IMG/VR virus record: IMGVR_UViG_3300044709_000119
Coordinates: 1 to 47,688 of that record
Direction: 5' to 3' (one strand)
Origin: a virus
DNA: 47,688 nt
Below the pieces are notes generated by a model. The model was given only the letters and a program-made list of their open reading frames with translations, had not been told where the DNA came from and searched no databases. This document shows, one piece after another, positions 7,539-15,152 of this stretch (the stretch's first letter is position 1; every line of letters begins with the position of its first letter). A program made the position numbers and the translations under genes.

Positions 7539-8329
7539 TGTAGAGCCTTCATCAGTTTGCGCGCATCTCCGTAGGTGAAACGATCTCCACCGGGGGCCAT
7601 GTTCTTCCCGGTAATCTTGAGTATGTAGGCGTTTCTTTCCGCCTTTTCAGAGAGCCCCTTCTCCAGGAATAGGCTCGTGAGTGCCATGGCCGTCTTTGAG
7701 CCGGCTACCAGTGGGCCGTTGTCTGGAGCATCTGAGTCATCATGCTGCGAAGCCTCCGGAGGCTTCTGGGCAGGCGCTTGGCGATCGGGATCCGGCTCGC
7801 GCTGCTTAGGAAGCTCAGCCGGCTTCGGTTGGCTCTTGAACGGAGCAGACTGCTGAGGGGCGCCAGTGCCCGCCGCGTCGGGGTCATCGTCGCCGGCAAC
7901 CGCGCAGAGCCCACGCATTTGGTAGCGGTTCAGGTACGTGAACATCGACCCAACCCCTTTCACGTTCTCCGGCGCGACGGTGCACGTGAAGTCAGTAGAG
8001 ACCTCCACCATGGCCCCGTGGCCAGCGAGTATGGTAGTGGCGCGCTGTGTCCTAATGTTCACCTGACAGTTGGGGTGAAACACGGTCACCCCCTCTCGGT
8101 CCAGGCATGGGATTGCTGCCGCGTAGATGCTCGGCAGGTCAAGGTACTTGAAGGTCCTGTTTTGGAACTGTCCAGCAGCGTCAGCCACCATCGTCGGCAT
8201 TTGCGCCCGGGCCTTTCCCATGGCGCGAAGCAGCTTGGATATCTCCTCGGGCTTGCCGTGGAGTTCGAATGTCGAGGCACTCGCCTCGGGCGCCGCAGGC
8301 GGCGCTTCGGTCGATTCGTGTTCGGTCAT
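7535..8329 (-). CDS. erf: ERF-family single-strand annealing protein
   Basis: FKYLDLPSIYAAAIPCLDREGV and GSMFTYLNRYQMRGLCAVAGDDDPD match the ERF core (GS..TY.RRY.L..L.GI..DDD). Confidence 0.8.
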   Translation of the reverse strand: MTEHESTEAPPAAPEASASTFELHGKPEEISKLLRAMGKARAQMPTMVADAAGQFQNRTFKYLDLPSIYAAAIPCLDREGVTVFHPNCQVNIRTQRATTILAGHGAMVEVSTDFTCTVAPENVKGVGSMFTYLNRYQMRGLCAVAGDDDPDAAGTGAPQQSAPFKSQPKPAELPKQREPDPDRQAPAQKPPEASQHDDSDAPDNGPLVAGSKTAMALTSLFLEKGLSEKAERNAYILKITGKNMAPGGDRFTYGDARKLMKALQ

Positions 8330-8350
8330 AGTTTTCCTGTCAGAAGAATT

Positions 8351-8376
8351 GCGCCCCTAGATCGTGCCAGGGGCGC
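8351..8376 (-). terminator. hairpin between cassette copy 4 and erf (possible attenuator or terminator)
   Basis: GCGCCCCT, 10-nt loop, AGGGGCGC (8-bp perfect stem); on the minus strand it is followed by AATTCTTCT. Confidence 0.35.
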
Positions 8377-8385
8377 GCCATTAGG

Positions 8386-8508
8386 TCACCGTGTCTGCCC
8401 GCTCAGCCGATCGTACAGCCGCCCCCCCAGCCGCCAGGCCAGTCGCCCCCACAGCCGCCAGGCCAGTCGCCCCCACAGCCGCCAGCCAGGTTCCGCCAGG
8501 CGCTTCAT
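8386..8508 (-). CDS. junction cassette copy 4 (short): (x-x-R-L)7 mini-ORF, 40 aa
   Basis: ATGAAGCGCCTGGCGGAACC head overlaps the upstream stop (ATGA); lacks the AGGAG/GTGA tail. Confidence 0.5.
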   Translation of the reverse strand: MKRLAEPGWRLWGRLAWRLWGRLAWRLGGRLYDRLSGQTR

Positions 8509-9458
8509 TTTTCCCAGACGTATTGCAGTTCCGGGTTGCGGTCACACTCCTCGGAAGATACCGACGGAAGACCCAATCGCTCCCACGGCACCTGCCACTT
8601 GCGCGCGCCGAGTGCGGTCTTGAGGTCATCGGCAACCTGTTCCACGTAGAACGGCTGGTCTCCAGTCAGCAGTACAGGGCTCTGCTTCTTGAGCGCATGC
8701 TCTCCGCTGGGAAAGCGGTAGAGCGTGTAAGCAAGACCAGTCTCCTTGTCTACCTGCGAGCTCACCTCGGTGGCCCCCATGGCACCGAGCGCCACGTCCC
8801 AACCTAGCTTCTCACACAGCGCACGACGCACCTCGGTAGTCAGCTGCATCGCAGTAGGCACCAGGGACATCGGGTCCATGATGAGCGCCTTCGGGACCTC
8901 TACCCCGTGCCAGTAGTACTTCTCGCCGTCTTCTGCCCAGTGGAAAGCAGCACGGGTAGCCGAATGGAGCTCCCAATTCTCGTCCACGTCCACACGTGGA
9001 TTCTTCACGCACGCAAAGTGGGCGTCGTAGACCACGGAGTCGTACACGCACATTGATAGCGGGTAGATCTCGCCTGCCAGGCGCGAGTTGTCGTCGGGCT
9101 CGAGCTTCTTGAGTTCGTCGATTACGCAGCGGAAGTGGGCGAGCCACCGACGCTGCGGGAGCCCGATCCCATCGGTGCCCATGTGTTGCGACTTAGCACG
9201 CTGCCACTCTTTGTCGCCAGCCTTACCGGCCGGCTGCTCTTTCGCCCACTGCTCACGCTGCCACGCAAACAGCGCCTCACGCGAGTCGAAGCACACGATG
9301 TGTTCCGGAGGAGCAGCGTCTAACGCCTTGTAGAGCGCGTTCACCGCAGGCCTGAGCGACTCTGGAGAGATGTCTTGGATCGTGACCCGAGAGTGCTCCT
9401 CGACAAACTTGTCAACGAAGGCCCATTCCTCGGGAGTGAGGTCGTTTGCGTCAGCCAT
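8505..9458 (-). CDS. hypothetical protein (317 aa)
   Basis: ATG 9458 shares a base with the upstream TGA (TGATG). The N-terminal extension in the track looks like non-coding read-through. Confidence 0.65.
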   Translation of the reverse strand: MADANDLTPEEWAFVDKFVEEHSRVTIQDISPESLRPAVNALYKALDAAPPEHIVCFDSREALFAWQREQWAKEQPAGKAGDKEWQRAKSQHMGTDGIGLPQRRWLAHFRCVIDELKKLEPDDNSRLAGEIYPLSMCVYDSVVYDAHFACVKNPRVDVDENWELHSATRAAFHWAEDGEKYYWHGVEVPKALIMDPMSLVPTAMQLTTEVRRALCEKLGWDVALGAMGATEVSSQVDKETGLAYTLYRFPSGEHALKKQSPVLLTGDQPFYVEQVADDLKTALGARKWQVPWERLGLPSVSSEECDRNPELQYVWEK

Positions 9459-9766
9459 CAGTCGATCACCCCGTTGCGACCAGGTCCTTCGGCGAGGGAA
9501 GCAGCGGTGTAGTCGCCCGCCTTGAGCACACCTTCGGTGTGGCGGCCAGCGTGGATAATACGCGTGTCTTCCGACAGGCGCAGGCGAATCACAGTATTGG
9601 CGCCCTCCCCCTCGCGAGAGAACATGCAAGCGCCAACGATGGTGTGGGGAGCGGTGTCGTTGCCGGCCACCACGAGGTCGTGTGCCGGCTTCAGCTCTGC
9701 TGTGTGGGGAGTCGATTGCTTGGCGAACACGAGGTCGCCGTGGCGAAACAGTTGCGGTTCTGACAT
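9458..9766 (-). CDS. hypothetical protein (102 aa)
   Basis: ATG 9766 lies 3 nt after the upstream TAA; the rest of the 215-aa track ORF overlaps the exonuclease gene. Confidence 0.6.
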   Translation of the reverse strand: MSEPQLFRHGDLVFAKQSTPHTAELKPAHDLVVAGNDTAPHTIVGACMFSREGEGANTVIRLRLSEDTRIIHAGRHTEGVLKAGDYTAASLAEGPGRNGVID

Positions 9767-9768
9767 GG

Positions 9769-10740
9769 TTACTTCTTCTCTTTCAGCCAGCGGAATTGCT
9801 GGAACGGTTTTCCGGTCTTCTGGAAGCTGCGAGCTTCCGGGAATGCTTTCTCGAGAGCCTCGAAGTCTATCGACTTGCGGCCCGGCATGTTCACGGGCAG
9901 GAAGCGCTTGCCGCTCGTCTCGTCTCGAATCGCCTCGCCCCGGCGCGCTCGCTCCTCGAACTCCTCGACCACTGCCTTGCCCAGCTCGACGAGCGCCTTC
10001 GCCCTGAGCACTTGGGTAGCCGCGTCGCAAGTCAGCCCTTGCGGGTCGGCCACAAGCTTGATGGCCTCGCCCAGGTGCTCTGGGCAGTGGAGGCGCTCCC
10101 AGCACTCACGGCAGTGGAGGCCGGTCGATCCTGTAGTGGCCAGGTTCAGCGCCGCCTGAGTAACGCGACCCACGATCCCAAGGTCTTCGGAGCTGCCCAC
10201 TCGGATCATTCGGTCTAGCCAGTGCCACTCACCATCCTCGGCCACGTAGATCCCAGTCGTGTAGTAGTCACACTGCCTCATGCGAGCGTATGTGGCAGCG
10301 TAGGCCATCACCTGCAGGGTTTCTGGACCGGTTGATGTCCAGATGGTCTTTTTGGCGTCAGCGACGAATGCGACACGAAGCGGGCGCTTCTCGAGCGCTT
10401 GCAACTCCTTGGTCCAGGCCATGTCGAGATGGCCAACGCACTCGAGCCCGCCCCCCAGTGGCAACCGCACCTCAAGCTCCCTCTCAGCCTCGCTCACGAG
10501 TAGCTTGGTGCCGTCGCTCGCCTCGGACTCCACGGGCACCTGCCAGGAGTTCACCTCCTCGGCCTCCTCAGGGGTCAGCGCTGGCATGGGCGCCCCTGAG
10601 ACGCGAGCATGGAAAGCGGTTCCCATGGCCGCCGCGCGTCCGGCGCCGTAGCGCGATCCGAGCGTTCCAGCGAGCCCGCAGAACTCGCTCACGCCAAGTG
10701 CGCTCATGCGGTTCGGGGTGGCGAAAAGGTCGTCAAACAT
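9769..10740 (-). CDS. PD-(D/E)XK (Cas4/RecB-like) exonuclease
   Basis: GHLDM...FVADAKK (D...D.K motif) and C-terminal CRECWERLHC cluster; sits beside erf as in exo/annealase pairs. Confidence 0.6.
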   Translation of the reverse strand: MFDDLFATPNRMSALGVSEFCGLAGTLGSRYGAGRAAAMGTAFHARVSGAPMPALTPEEAEEVNSWQVPVESEASDGTKLLVSEAERELEVRLPLGGGLECVGHLDMAWTKELQALEKRPLRVAFVADAKKTIWTSTGPETLQVMAYAATYARMRQCDYYTTGIYVAEDGEWHWLDRMIRVGSSEDLGIVGRVTQAALNLATTGSTGLHCRECWERLHCPEHLGEAIKLVADPQGLTCDAATQVLRAKALVELGKAVVEEFEERARRGEAIRDETSGKRFLPVNMPGRKSIDFEALEKAFPEARSFQKTGKPFQQFRWLKEKK

Positions 10741-10969
10741 TGCGTGTGTCCTGACTATCAGAGTTCGCTTCGCGTGTCAACACAGAAGTGACAAGTCGAT
10801 CGTACATCCGCCCGCCCAGCCGCTCGTATATCCGCCAGTACATCCACCAGCCCAGCCGCTCGTATATCCGCCAGTACATCCACTCCCCCAGCCTACCCCG
10901 CAACACACGACCCGTACGCCCCTCCAGCCGCCCCCCCAACCGCCAGTCCGGGTCCGCCAGGCGCTTCAT
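10733..10969 (-). CDS. junction cassette copy 5: repeat body 10794..10969 fused to a promoter; ORF reads on to 10733
   Basis: ATGAAGCGCCTGGCGGACCC head overlaps the upstream stop (ATGA); 13 x-x-R-L/M/I units; after ...MYDRL the frame runs through the 19-bp promoter motif. Confidence 0.4.
   Translation of the reverse strand: MKRLADPDWRLGGRLEGRTGRVLRGRLGEWMYWRIYERLGWWMYWRIYERLGGRMYDRLVTSVLTREANSDSQDTRNV
10752..10793 (-). promoter_or_regulatory. sigma70-like promoter with 19-bp motif TGTCACTTCTGTGTTGACA
   Basis: minus strand: TTGACA, 17 nt, TAGTCA, then GGACACACGCA-ATG (10740). Confidence 0.6.
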
Positions 10970-11130
10970 TTGTACCCCATGAGAGCGAGCGCCTTCCGCT
11001 CTGCGATTGATGCCTGCAGTTCGAGCTGGGCAGCCAGATCGGAGCGTGGTGTGGCCAGCTGCAACGTGCGCAGGTTCCTGGCACGGCGCGCAAGGCGCAT
11101 GGCCTCTGAGTGCTTGGTGTTGTGTCGCAT
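10966..11130 (-). CDS. hypothetical helical protein (54 aa, MRHNTKHSEAMRLARRARNL...)
   Basis: hand-translated; ATG 11130; TGA overlaps the cassette ATG (ATGA); below the track length cutoff. Confidence 0.45.
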   Translation of the reverse strand: MRHNTKHSEAMRLARRARNLRTLQLATPRSDLAAQLELQASIAERKALALMGYK

Positions 11131-11135
11131 GGGGT

Positions 11136-11405
11136 TCACTTGAAAGGGAGTTCGGAATAGACTGCAACCGGATGAACAGACTCGAGCTCCGGGTCGCTAA
11201 GGATGATGTGGGCAGCCTTGTTGAGCCGGTCGGTGACCGATGATCCGGGAACATCCACGGCGTGATGGCGCACACGAATGATCACGCGGCCATGTGCGAC
11301 AGTGAAACCGTGTCCGGTCTTCGATGCCCACGTTTCGAGCGCACGCTTGGCCTTAAGCTCTTCTTCCAGGGTCAGCGCTTGTTCGCAGTTGCATGGCGGC
11401 TTCAT
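11136..11405 (-). CDS. hypothetical protein (89 aa)
   Basis: ATG 11405 overlaps the upstream stop (ATGA). Confidence 0.55.
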   Translation of the reverse strand: MKPPCNCEQALTLEEELKAKRALETWASKTGHGFTVAHGRVIIRVRHHAVDVPGSSVTDRLNKAAHIILSDPELESVHPVAVYSELPFK

Positions 11406-11719
11406 CGTGATGGCCAATCTGTTTGGTACCAGTCCAGGAACTCCTGAACGAACGACTCCGCAACGGCGAGCCGTGTCTCTACGGTGAACAGCCGAAACCA
11501 CGAGTCAGTAACGGAGCCATGCTCGCGTCGGTAGTTCTGGGCGCCAAGTCTAGTCGTATAGGCAAAAGCCTTCGGCGCTAGGTCAGGCGAGTACTTGCCG
11601 CGGTCTTTCTTCTTGGCAAGGTTTCGGAACACCGCGATCTTCTGGTTGTAGAATGCTTCGGTATTGTCGATGTAGAGCTCGAGCTCTCGCACGGCGTGGT
11701 CGTCGGGTTCTTTGCTCAT
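11402..11719 (-). CDS. hypothetical protein (105 aa)
   Basis: ATG 11719 overlaps the upstream stop (ATGA). Confidence 0.55.
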   Translation of the reverse strand: MSKEPDDHAVRELELYIDNTEAFYNQKIAVFRNLAKKKDRGKYSPDLAPKAFAYTTRLGAQNYRREHGSVTDSWFRLFTVETRLAVAESFVQEFLDWYQTDWPSR

Positions 11720-11982
11720 TTGGAGAATCTCACAGAGGAAGGGTGGACTTTGAGTTGAGTTGCGATCGTATCGGTGGCCATGGCTTTCGCCTCGGCCCTG
11801 GAAGTGGCACGCAGAAAGAACGAATGGTCCCCGGACTCGCACTCATACACATCGCCTTGCCCGTGATTCACACCGAAGTAGCAATTGTTGTAGGCTCCGG
11901 CGTAGCCGTTCGAGTCGATACGCACCTTGCGAAGGTGACACTTGAGTGCGTCGGTACGGTAGACACGAGGGGAAGCGCTCAC
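11716..11982 (-). CDS. hypothetical protein (88 aa)
   Basis: GTG 11982 overlaps the cassette stop (GTGA). Confidence 0.5.
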   Translation of the reverse strand: MSASPRVYRTDALKCHLRKVRIDSNGYAGAYNNCYFGVNHGQGDVYECESGDHSFFLRATSRAEAKAMATDTIATQLKVHPSSVRFSK

Positions 11983-12149
11983 AGCGAAATCCCCTCCAGC
12001 CGCCCCCACAGCCGCCCCTCCAGCCGCCCCCGCAGCCGCCAGTACAGCCGCCCGTCCAGTCGCCCGTACAGTCGCCCCCCCAGCCGCCCGTCCAGCCGCC
12101 GCCCCAGCCGCCCGTCCAGCCGCCCGCGAGGTCCCGCCAGGCGCTTCAT
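11979..12149 (-). CDS. junction cassette copy 6: (x-x-R-L) repeat mini-ORF, 56 aa
   Basis: TGATGAAGCGCCTGGCGGGACCTCGCGGGCGGCTG head; 11 R-L units; stop overlaps the downstream GTG. Confidence 0.55.
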   Translation of the reverse strand: MKRLAGPRGRLDGRLGRRLDGRLGGRLYGRLDGRLYWRLRGRLEGRLWGRLEGISL

Positions 12150-12403
12150 CAGCCGCCCACCGCGTAGGTGCGGACGCCGTCAGGTGACTCGACCTCGACA
12201 GTGGTCCAGAAGGTAAACAGGCGCGGCTTCTTGCCATCGTAGCAGACCAGGATCCGGCGCTTGCCGGTCGGCATATCGCGGTCCACTACGGTGGTTTCTG
12301 CGAAGTCCTCGCACACAGCAGGGCGCTTGGGTTTCGGGTCTGCCGCCGCATCGCAACAGATGACAAGGAGCGCGACGAATGAGAGAACGGGAATGAGTTT
12401 CAT
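12149..12403 (-). CDS. small exported protein (signal peptide)
   Basis: MKLIPVLSFVALLVICCDAAADP N-terminal signal-like sequence. Confidence 0.6.
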   Translation of the reverse strand: MKLIPVLSFVALLVICCDAAADPKPKRPAVCEDFAETTVVDRDMPTGKRRILVCYDGKKPRLFTFWTTVEVESPDGVRTYAVGG

Positions 12404-12771
12404 GTGCGGGCTTTCACCTGGATAGGTTGACGGCAGTGGTATTTAGAAGCGAACCAAGCGCGCGCCGAAGCGGGAGACTTCGTGTGGATCAGCGCCGAGT
12501 GGTACATGTGAGGCATCGTTCTCTGTTCGAACACTGGGCACGCCTCGGAGCAGGAAACCTCAAACCAGAGCATGCGCGAATCGCGGTAGATGGCCGACAG
12601 GCAGTGGACGCACGACTTCTCCGACACGAGAAAGTCGGGCATTGAAACGATCGGCGGGTGCCCGTAGCGCGCTCCGCAAAGTGGTGAACTTGCCAGCGCC
12701 GTTCGCATAGGATCGCCCGCAAGGTATGTATCGTCCCCGGCTGACAGGTGTAGTTTTGCGCGGTCTGACAT
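12400..12771 (-). CDS. hypothetical protein (123 aa)
   Basis: ATG 12771 preceded by TAGGAGAC; stop overlaps the next start. Confidence 0.6.
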   Translation of the reverse strand: MSDRAKLHLSAGDDTYLAGDPMRTALASSPLCGARYGHPPIVSMPDFLVSEKSCVHCLSAIYRDSRMLWFEVSCSEACPVFEQRTMPHMYHSALIHTKSPASARAWFASKYHCRQPIQVKART

Positions 12772-12780
12772 GTGAGTCTC

Positions 12781-13008
12781 CTAGAAGGTGCGGCCGGCTC
12801 TCGCCTCGGCCGCTAGCCACGCATCCCAGTGGCCGGTTGGGTTACCGCAGGCGCCTGAACCTTTGCGGTGCGGGAAGTGGTAGGCGCCGCATGAACACAC
12901 GCGGCGCTGTGGTTGAATCTTGCGCATGCGCCGGCACTTAGGGCGAGCCGGGCGACATCCAGGAAGGTGACAGGTCACCCCACAGCGGACCATGCGCGGT
13001 TGTTTCAC
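12781..13008 (-). CDS. Cys/His-rich small protein (CxC...YHFPHRKGSGAC)
   Basis: GTG 13008 lies 4 nt after the cassette TAG (alternative start ATG 12993); 8 Cys. Confidence 0.5.
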   Translation of the reverse strand: MKQPRMVRCGVTCHLPGCRPARPKCRRMRKIQPQRRVCSCGAYHFPHRKGSGACGNPTGHWDAWLAAEARAGRTF

Positions 13009-13012
13009 GGTG

Positions 13013-13195
13013 CTAGCCCCCCACCCACCCCCACAGCCGCCACAGCCGCCCCCACAGCCGCCCGTCCAGCCGCCGCCACAGCCGCCCGTACAGCCGCCGG
13101 CCCAGCCGCTCGCCCAGCCGCCAGCCAAGGCGACCGCTCAGGCGCCAATACAGCCGCCCGTCCAGCCGCCCGCGAGGTCTAGTCAGGCGCTTCAC
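13013..13195 (-). CDS. junction cassette copy 7: (x-x-R-L) repeat mini-ORF, 60 aa
   Basis: GTGAAGCGCCTGACTAGACCTCGCGGGCGGCTG head overlaps the upstream stop (GTGA); 11 units; divergent WRLWGWVGG tail. Confidence 0.5.
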   Translation of the reverse strand: MKRLTRPRGRLDGRLYWRLSGRLGWRLGERLGRRLYGRLWRRLDGRLWGRLWRLWGWVGG

Positions 13196-13569
13196 TGGCC
13201 ACCTATCAAGGCGAGAATGGTAGCGCGGTCCGGGTCCTCCGAGTGCAGCGCCCATTCCCATGAGTGCAGGTAGTTTCCCGCGTTGCCGGCGCAAGTCGTA
13301 TCGACCTCGGCTTCCTCCTGGGCTTCGTCTTCGGACTTGCCGGCAGCAATCGCCCCCTTGTAGGCCTCGGCCACTTGCTCATCAGCCAGAAGCCCAGGCG
13401 CGTTGTCGGCAATCCAGTCGACGCACTCGTCAAGCGCATCTTCGAGACAGTTCGCCCACACGCAAAGATGCGTCGAACCGTAAGCGTCGAAGTCGAGGAC
13501 GTACCGATGTCTGGCCCAGTTGCGGTCGGTAGGGTTCACGAACGTGAGGTTACCTTGCTTGTGGCTCAT
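13192..13569 (-). CDS. hypothetical acidic protein (125 aa)
   Basis: clean ATG-to-stop ORF; stop lies inside the cassette head. Confidence 0.65.
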   Translation of the reverse strand: MSHKQGNLTFVNPTDRNWARHRYVLDFDAYGSTHLCVWANCLEDALDECVDWIADNAPGLLADEQVAEAYKGAIAAGKSEDEAQEEAEVDTTCAGNAGNYLHSWEWALHSEDPDRATILALIGGQ

Positions 13570-13760
13570 GGCTTGCTCCCAAGGAAGATAGCGAGGTCGA
13601 GCTCGGCTTCCGTTAGCCGGCGACTGGAGATGTTTCCGTTCAGCCAGTCGCGGCGCTCCTTATCGAGCTTGTAACAGGCTCGCCAGAAGCACACGACGCC
13701 TTTCAGGCCTCGCTCCGACGTCGGCCTGTAGATGTGGGTGCGTTCGGTTACTTCGTTCAC
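13566..13760 (-). CDS. hypothetical protein (64 aa)
   Basis: GTG 13760 overlaps the upstream stop (GTGA). Confidence 0.45.
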   Translation of the reverse strand: MNEVTERTHIYRPTSERGLKGVVCFWRACYKLDKERRDWLNGNISSRRLTEAELDLAIFLGSKP

Positions 13761-14107
13761 GGCGCACGCTCCGCGAGGTACTCGGAGCGGCGAGCGGCGC
13801 ATTCGTGGTAAAGCGAGCGGAAGTCGCGCTTGGTGGCAGAGCGCTCTAGCGACGCTTCGAGGATGCAAAACAGCGCCTCAGCTTCGCGGTCGCTCGACAG
13901 TGAAGCGTCCACTCGGGTCTGGGGCGCTTCAGCGTGGGCCAGTGAGGGGACCAGGCAGGCGGCCAAACCAAACCCAAGCATTCGGAACGAGCGGAGCCAC
14001 GACCGGGCATTCGAGCGCGCGACGTAGGCCAGCGGCTCCCCGTAGGTGAGGCCATTGAGCTCCAGCCCACGGCGCGACAGGTGATTCATGATTGAGCGAC
14101 GGTTCAT
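13757..14107 (-). CDS. hypothetical protein with central hydrophobic segment (116 aa)
   Basis: ATG 14107 preceded by AAAGGAC; first gene downstream of the promoter at 14133-14174. Confidence 0.6.
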   Translation of the reverse strand: MNRRSIMNHLSRRGLELNGLTYGEPLAYVARSNARSWLRSFRMLGFGLAACLVPSLAHAEAPQTRVDASLSSDREAEALFCILEASLERSATKRDFRSLYHECAARRSEYLAERAP

Positions 14108-14132
14108 TGGGAAGTCCTTTCGGTGAGTCTCG

Positions 14133-14174
14133 AGAGTAAGGGAAACGGGTCAGAGTGTCAACATAGAAGTGACA
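14133..14174 (-). promoter_or_regulatory. sigma70-like promoter with 19-bp motif TGTCACTTCTATGTTGACA
   Basis: minus strand: TTGACA, 17 nt, TACTCT, then a leader with AAAGGAC RBS. Confidence 0.65.
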
Positions 14175-14366
14175 TTAGTACGTTCCCAGGTGGCGCACTT
14201 CGGCGGCGTTCCACACCGCGCGGTAACGCCGCATGGCTTGGGCCAGGGCGAACTGGAACGATGCGGCCGAGCGGTCTGGCACCATGACCGGGACGTCCTG
14301 ACGCTCTGCGTCTGGCTTCACGGTGCCGCCATGCTGGGCTATCAGGGATACGTAAAGGGTAGCCAT
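14175..14366 (-). CDS. hypothetical protein (63 aa)
   Basis: ATG 14366 lies 11 nt after GGAGG; TAA abuts the promoter motif. Confidence 0.45.
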   Translation of the reverse strand: MATLYVSLIAQHGGTVKPDAERQDVPVMVPDRSAASFQFALAQAMRRYRAVWNAAEVRHLGTY

Positions 14367-14391
14367 TACCAGGCAGACCTCCAACTGGGTG

Positions 14392-14637
14392 TCATATTAC
14401 GCTGAATTCCGGCCCGACAGCGGTGCCAATGGTCCCGCTAAGGGGGGCGAACCCCTGATAGATACCGCCCTTGCCAGCGTCGCCGGACACACGACGGACG
14501 CCGATCCGGCGGCCGCGGCCGACAGTTCCCTGGTTTACGATCCTGACGGCCTTCGTTGCCGCCTCGGTGTAGGTGTCGGCCTCAATGGTAAACGTGCGGC
14601 CCGCGGTGTTTCGGATACGAACGCGATAGGTGTTCAT
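14392..14637 (-). CDS. hypothetical protein (81 aa)
   Basis: ATG-to-stop ORF chained to the upstream gene by overlapping stop and start. Confidence 0.55.
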   Translation of the reverse strand: MNTYRVRIRNTAGRTFTIEADTYTEAATKAVRIVNQGTVGRGRRIGVRRVSGDAGKGGIYQGFAPLSGTIGTAVGPEFSVI

Positions 14638-14915
14638 GAGCGCACCAGGCCGTGGTTAAGCTGGCACTTGCTAAGGTCCTCGCACATCACGACCTCACAC
14701 TGAAGCTCATGGCCCACGCGATACTGGCGACCAGGGAGCATCTTGTGGGACCATAGGCCGAATAGCGCGTTGTATTCGAGCCCACGGTCAAAGCCGTCGG
14801 AGTTTGCGTCGACCTGGGCAGCCTGACGCGCCCCAGGGTAGCCGGCGTCACGCCTGGCCTTGAATGCCGCTTCAGCTTTGAGCATGGCGGCGGACGGCTT
14901 ACGAGGGCGGCTCAC
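14634..14915 (-). CDS. hypothetical protein (93 aa)
   Basis: GTG 14915 overlaps the upstream stop (GTGA); alternative start ATG 14885. Confidence 0.5.
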   Translation of the reverse strand: MSRPRKPSAAMLKAEAAFKARRDAGYPGARQAAQVDANSDGFDRGLEYNALFGLWSHKMLPGRQYRVGHELQCEVVMCEDLSKCQLNHGLVRS

Positions 14916-15115
14916 TTGGCGCCCGCCACAGCAGCAACGCCACGAGCCGTGCGGCAAGCGTAGCCTTGCCAAGTGAGGATGTGGCCAGAGCCTGACAGGG
15001 CGCGGAGGTCAGAGCCCTCGAACTGGCCGATTGGAGTCGGGGCAGTGGCTTCGCAGATTAGGCGGAGGATGTTCGCTTGGCTCGGGGTCATCTGGGCAAC
15101 GGAGAGAATCGTCAT
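14912..15115 (-). CDS. small protein (67 aa), possible winged-helix regulator
   Basis: ATG 15115 preceded by AAAGGAC; first gene of the leftward operon; MTPSQANILRLICEA resembles the first helix of LexA/MarR-type wHTH (weak). Confidence 0.5.
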   Translation of the reverse strand: MTILSVAQMTPSQANILRLICEATAPTPIGQFEGSDLRALSGSGHILTWQGYACRTARGVAAVAGAK

Positions 15116-15152
15116 GGGGAAGTCCTTTCGGGTGGCTGCGGAGTACTCAGTA

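Noticed and set aside
7742-8623. A 293-aa plus-strand ORF across erf and cassette 4
   Set aside because: It is antisense to a well-supported erf gene. The Arg/Ser/Pro-rich translation is typical of shadow ORFs in high-GC DNA.
10844-10851. An exact E. coli Chi octamer (GCTGGTGG, minus strand) inside cassette copy 5
   Set aside because: It occurs once, as an expected by-product of GCTGG-rich repeats. The host is unknown and there is no orientation-biased enrichment.
6168-13195. Could the 12-nt periodic arrays be CRISPR arrays or a DGR template/variable repeat pair?
   Set aside because: The units are 12 nt with a 6-nt conserved core and have no spacer-sized unique segments, so they are not CRISPR. 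No reverse transcriptase or TR/VR pair with adenine-specific differences is present, so they are not a DGR.
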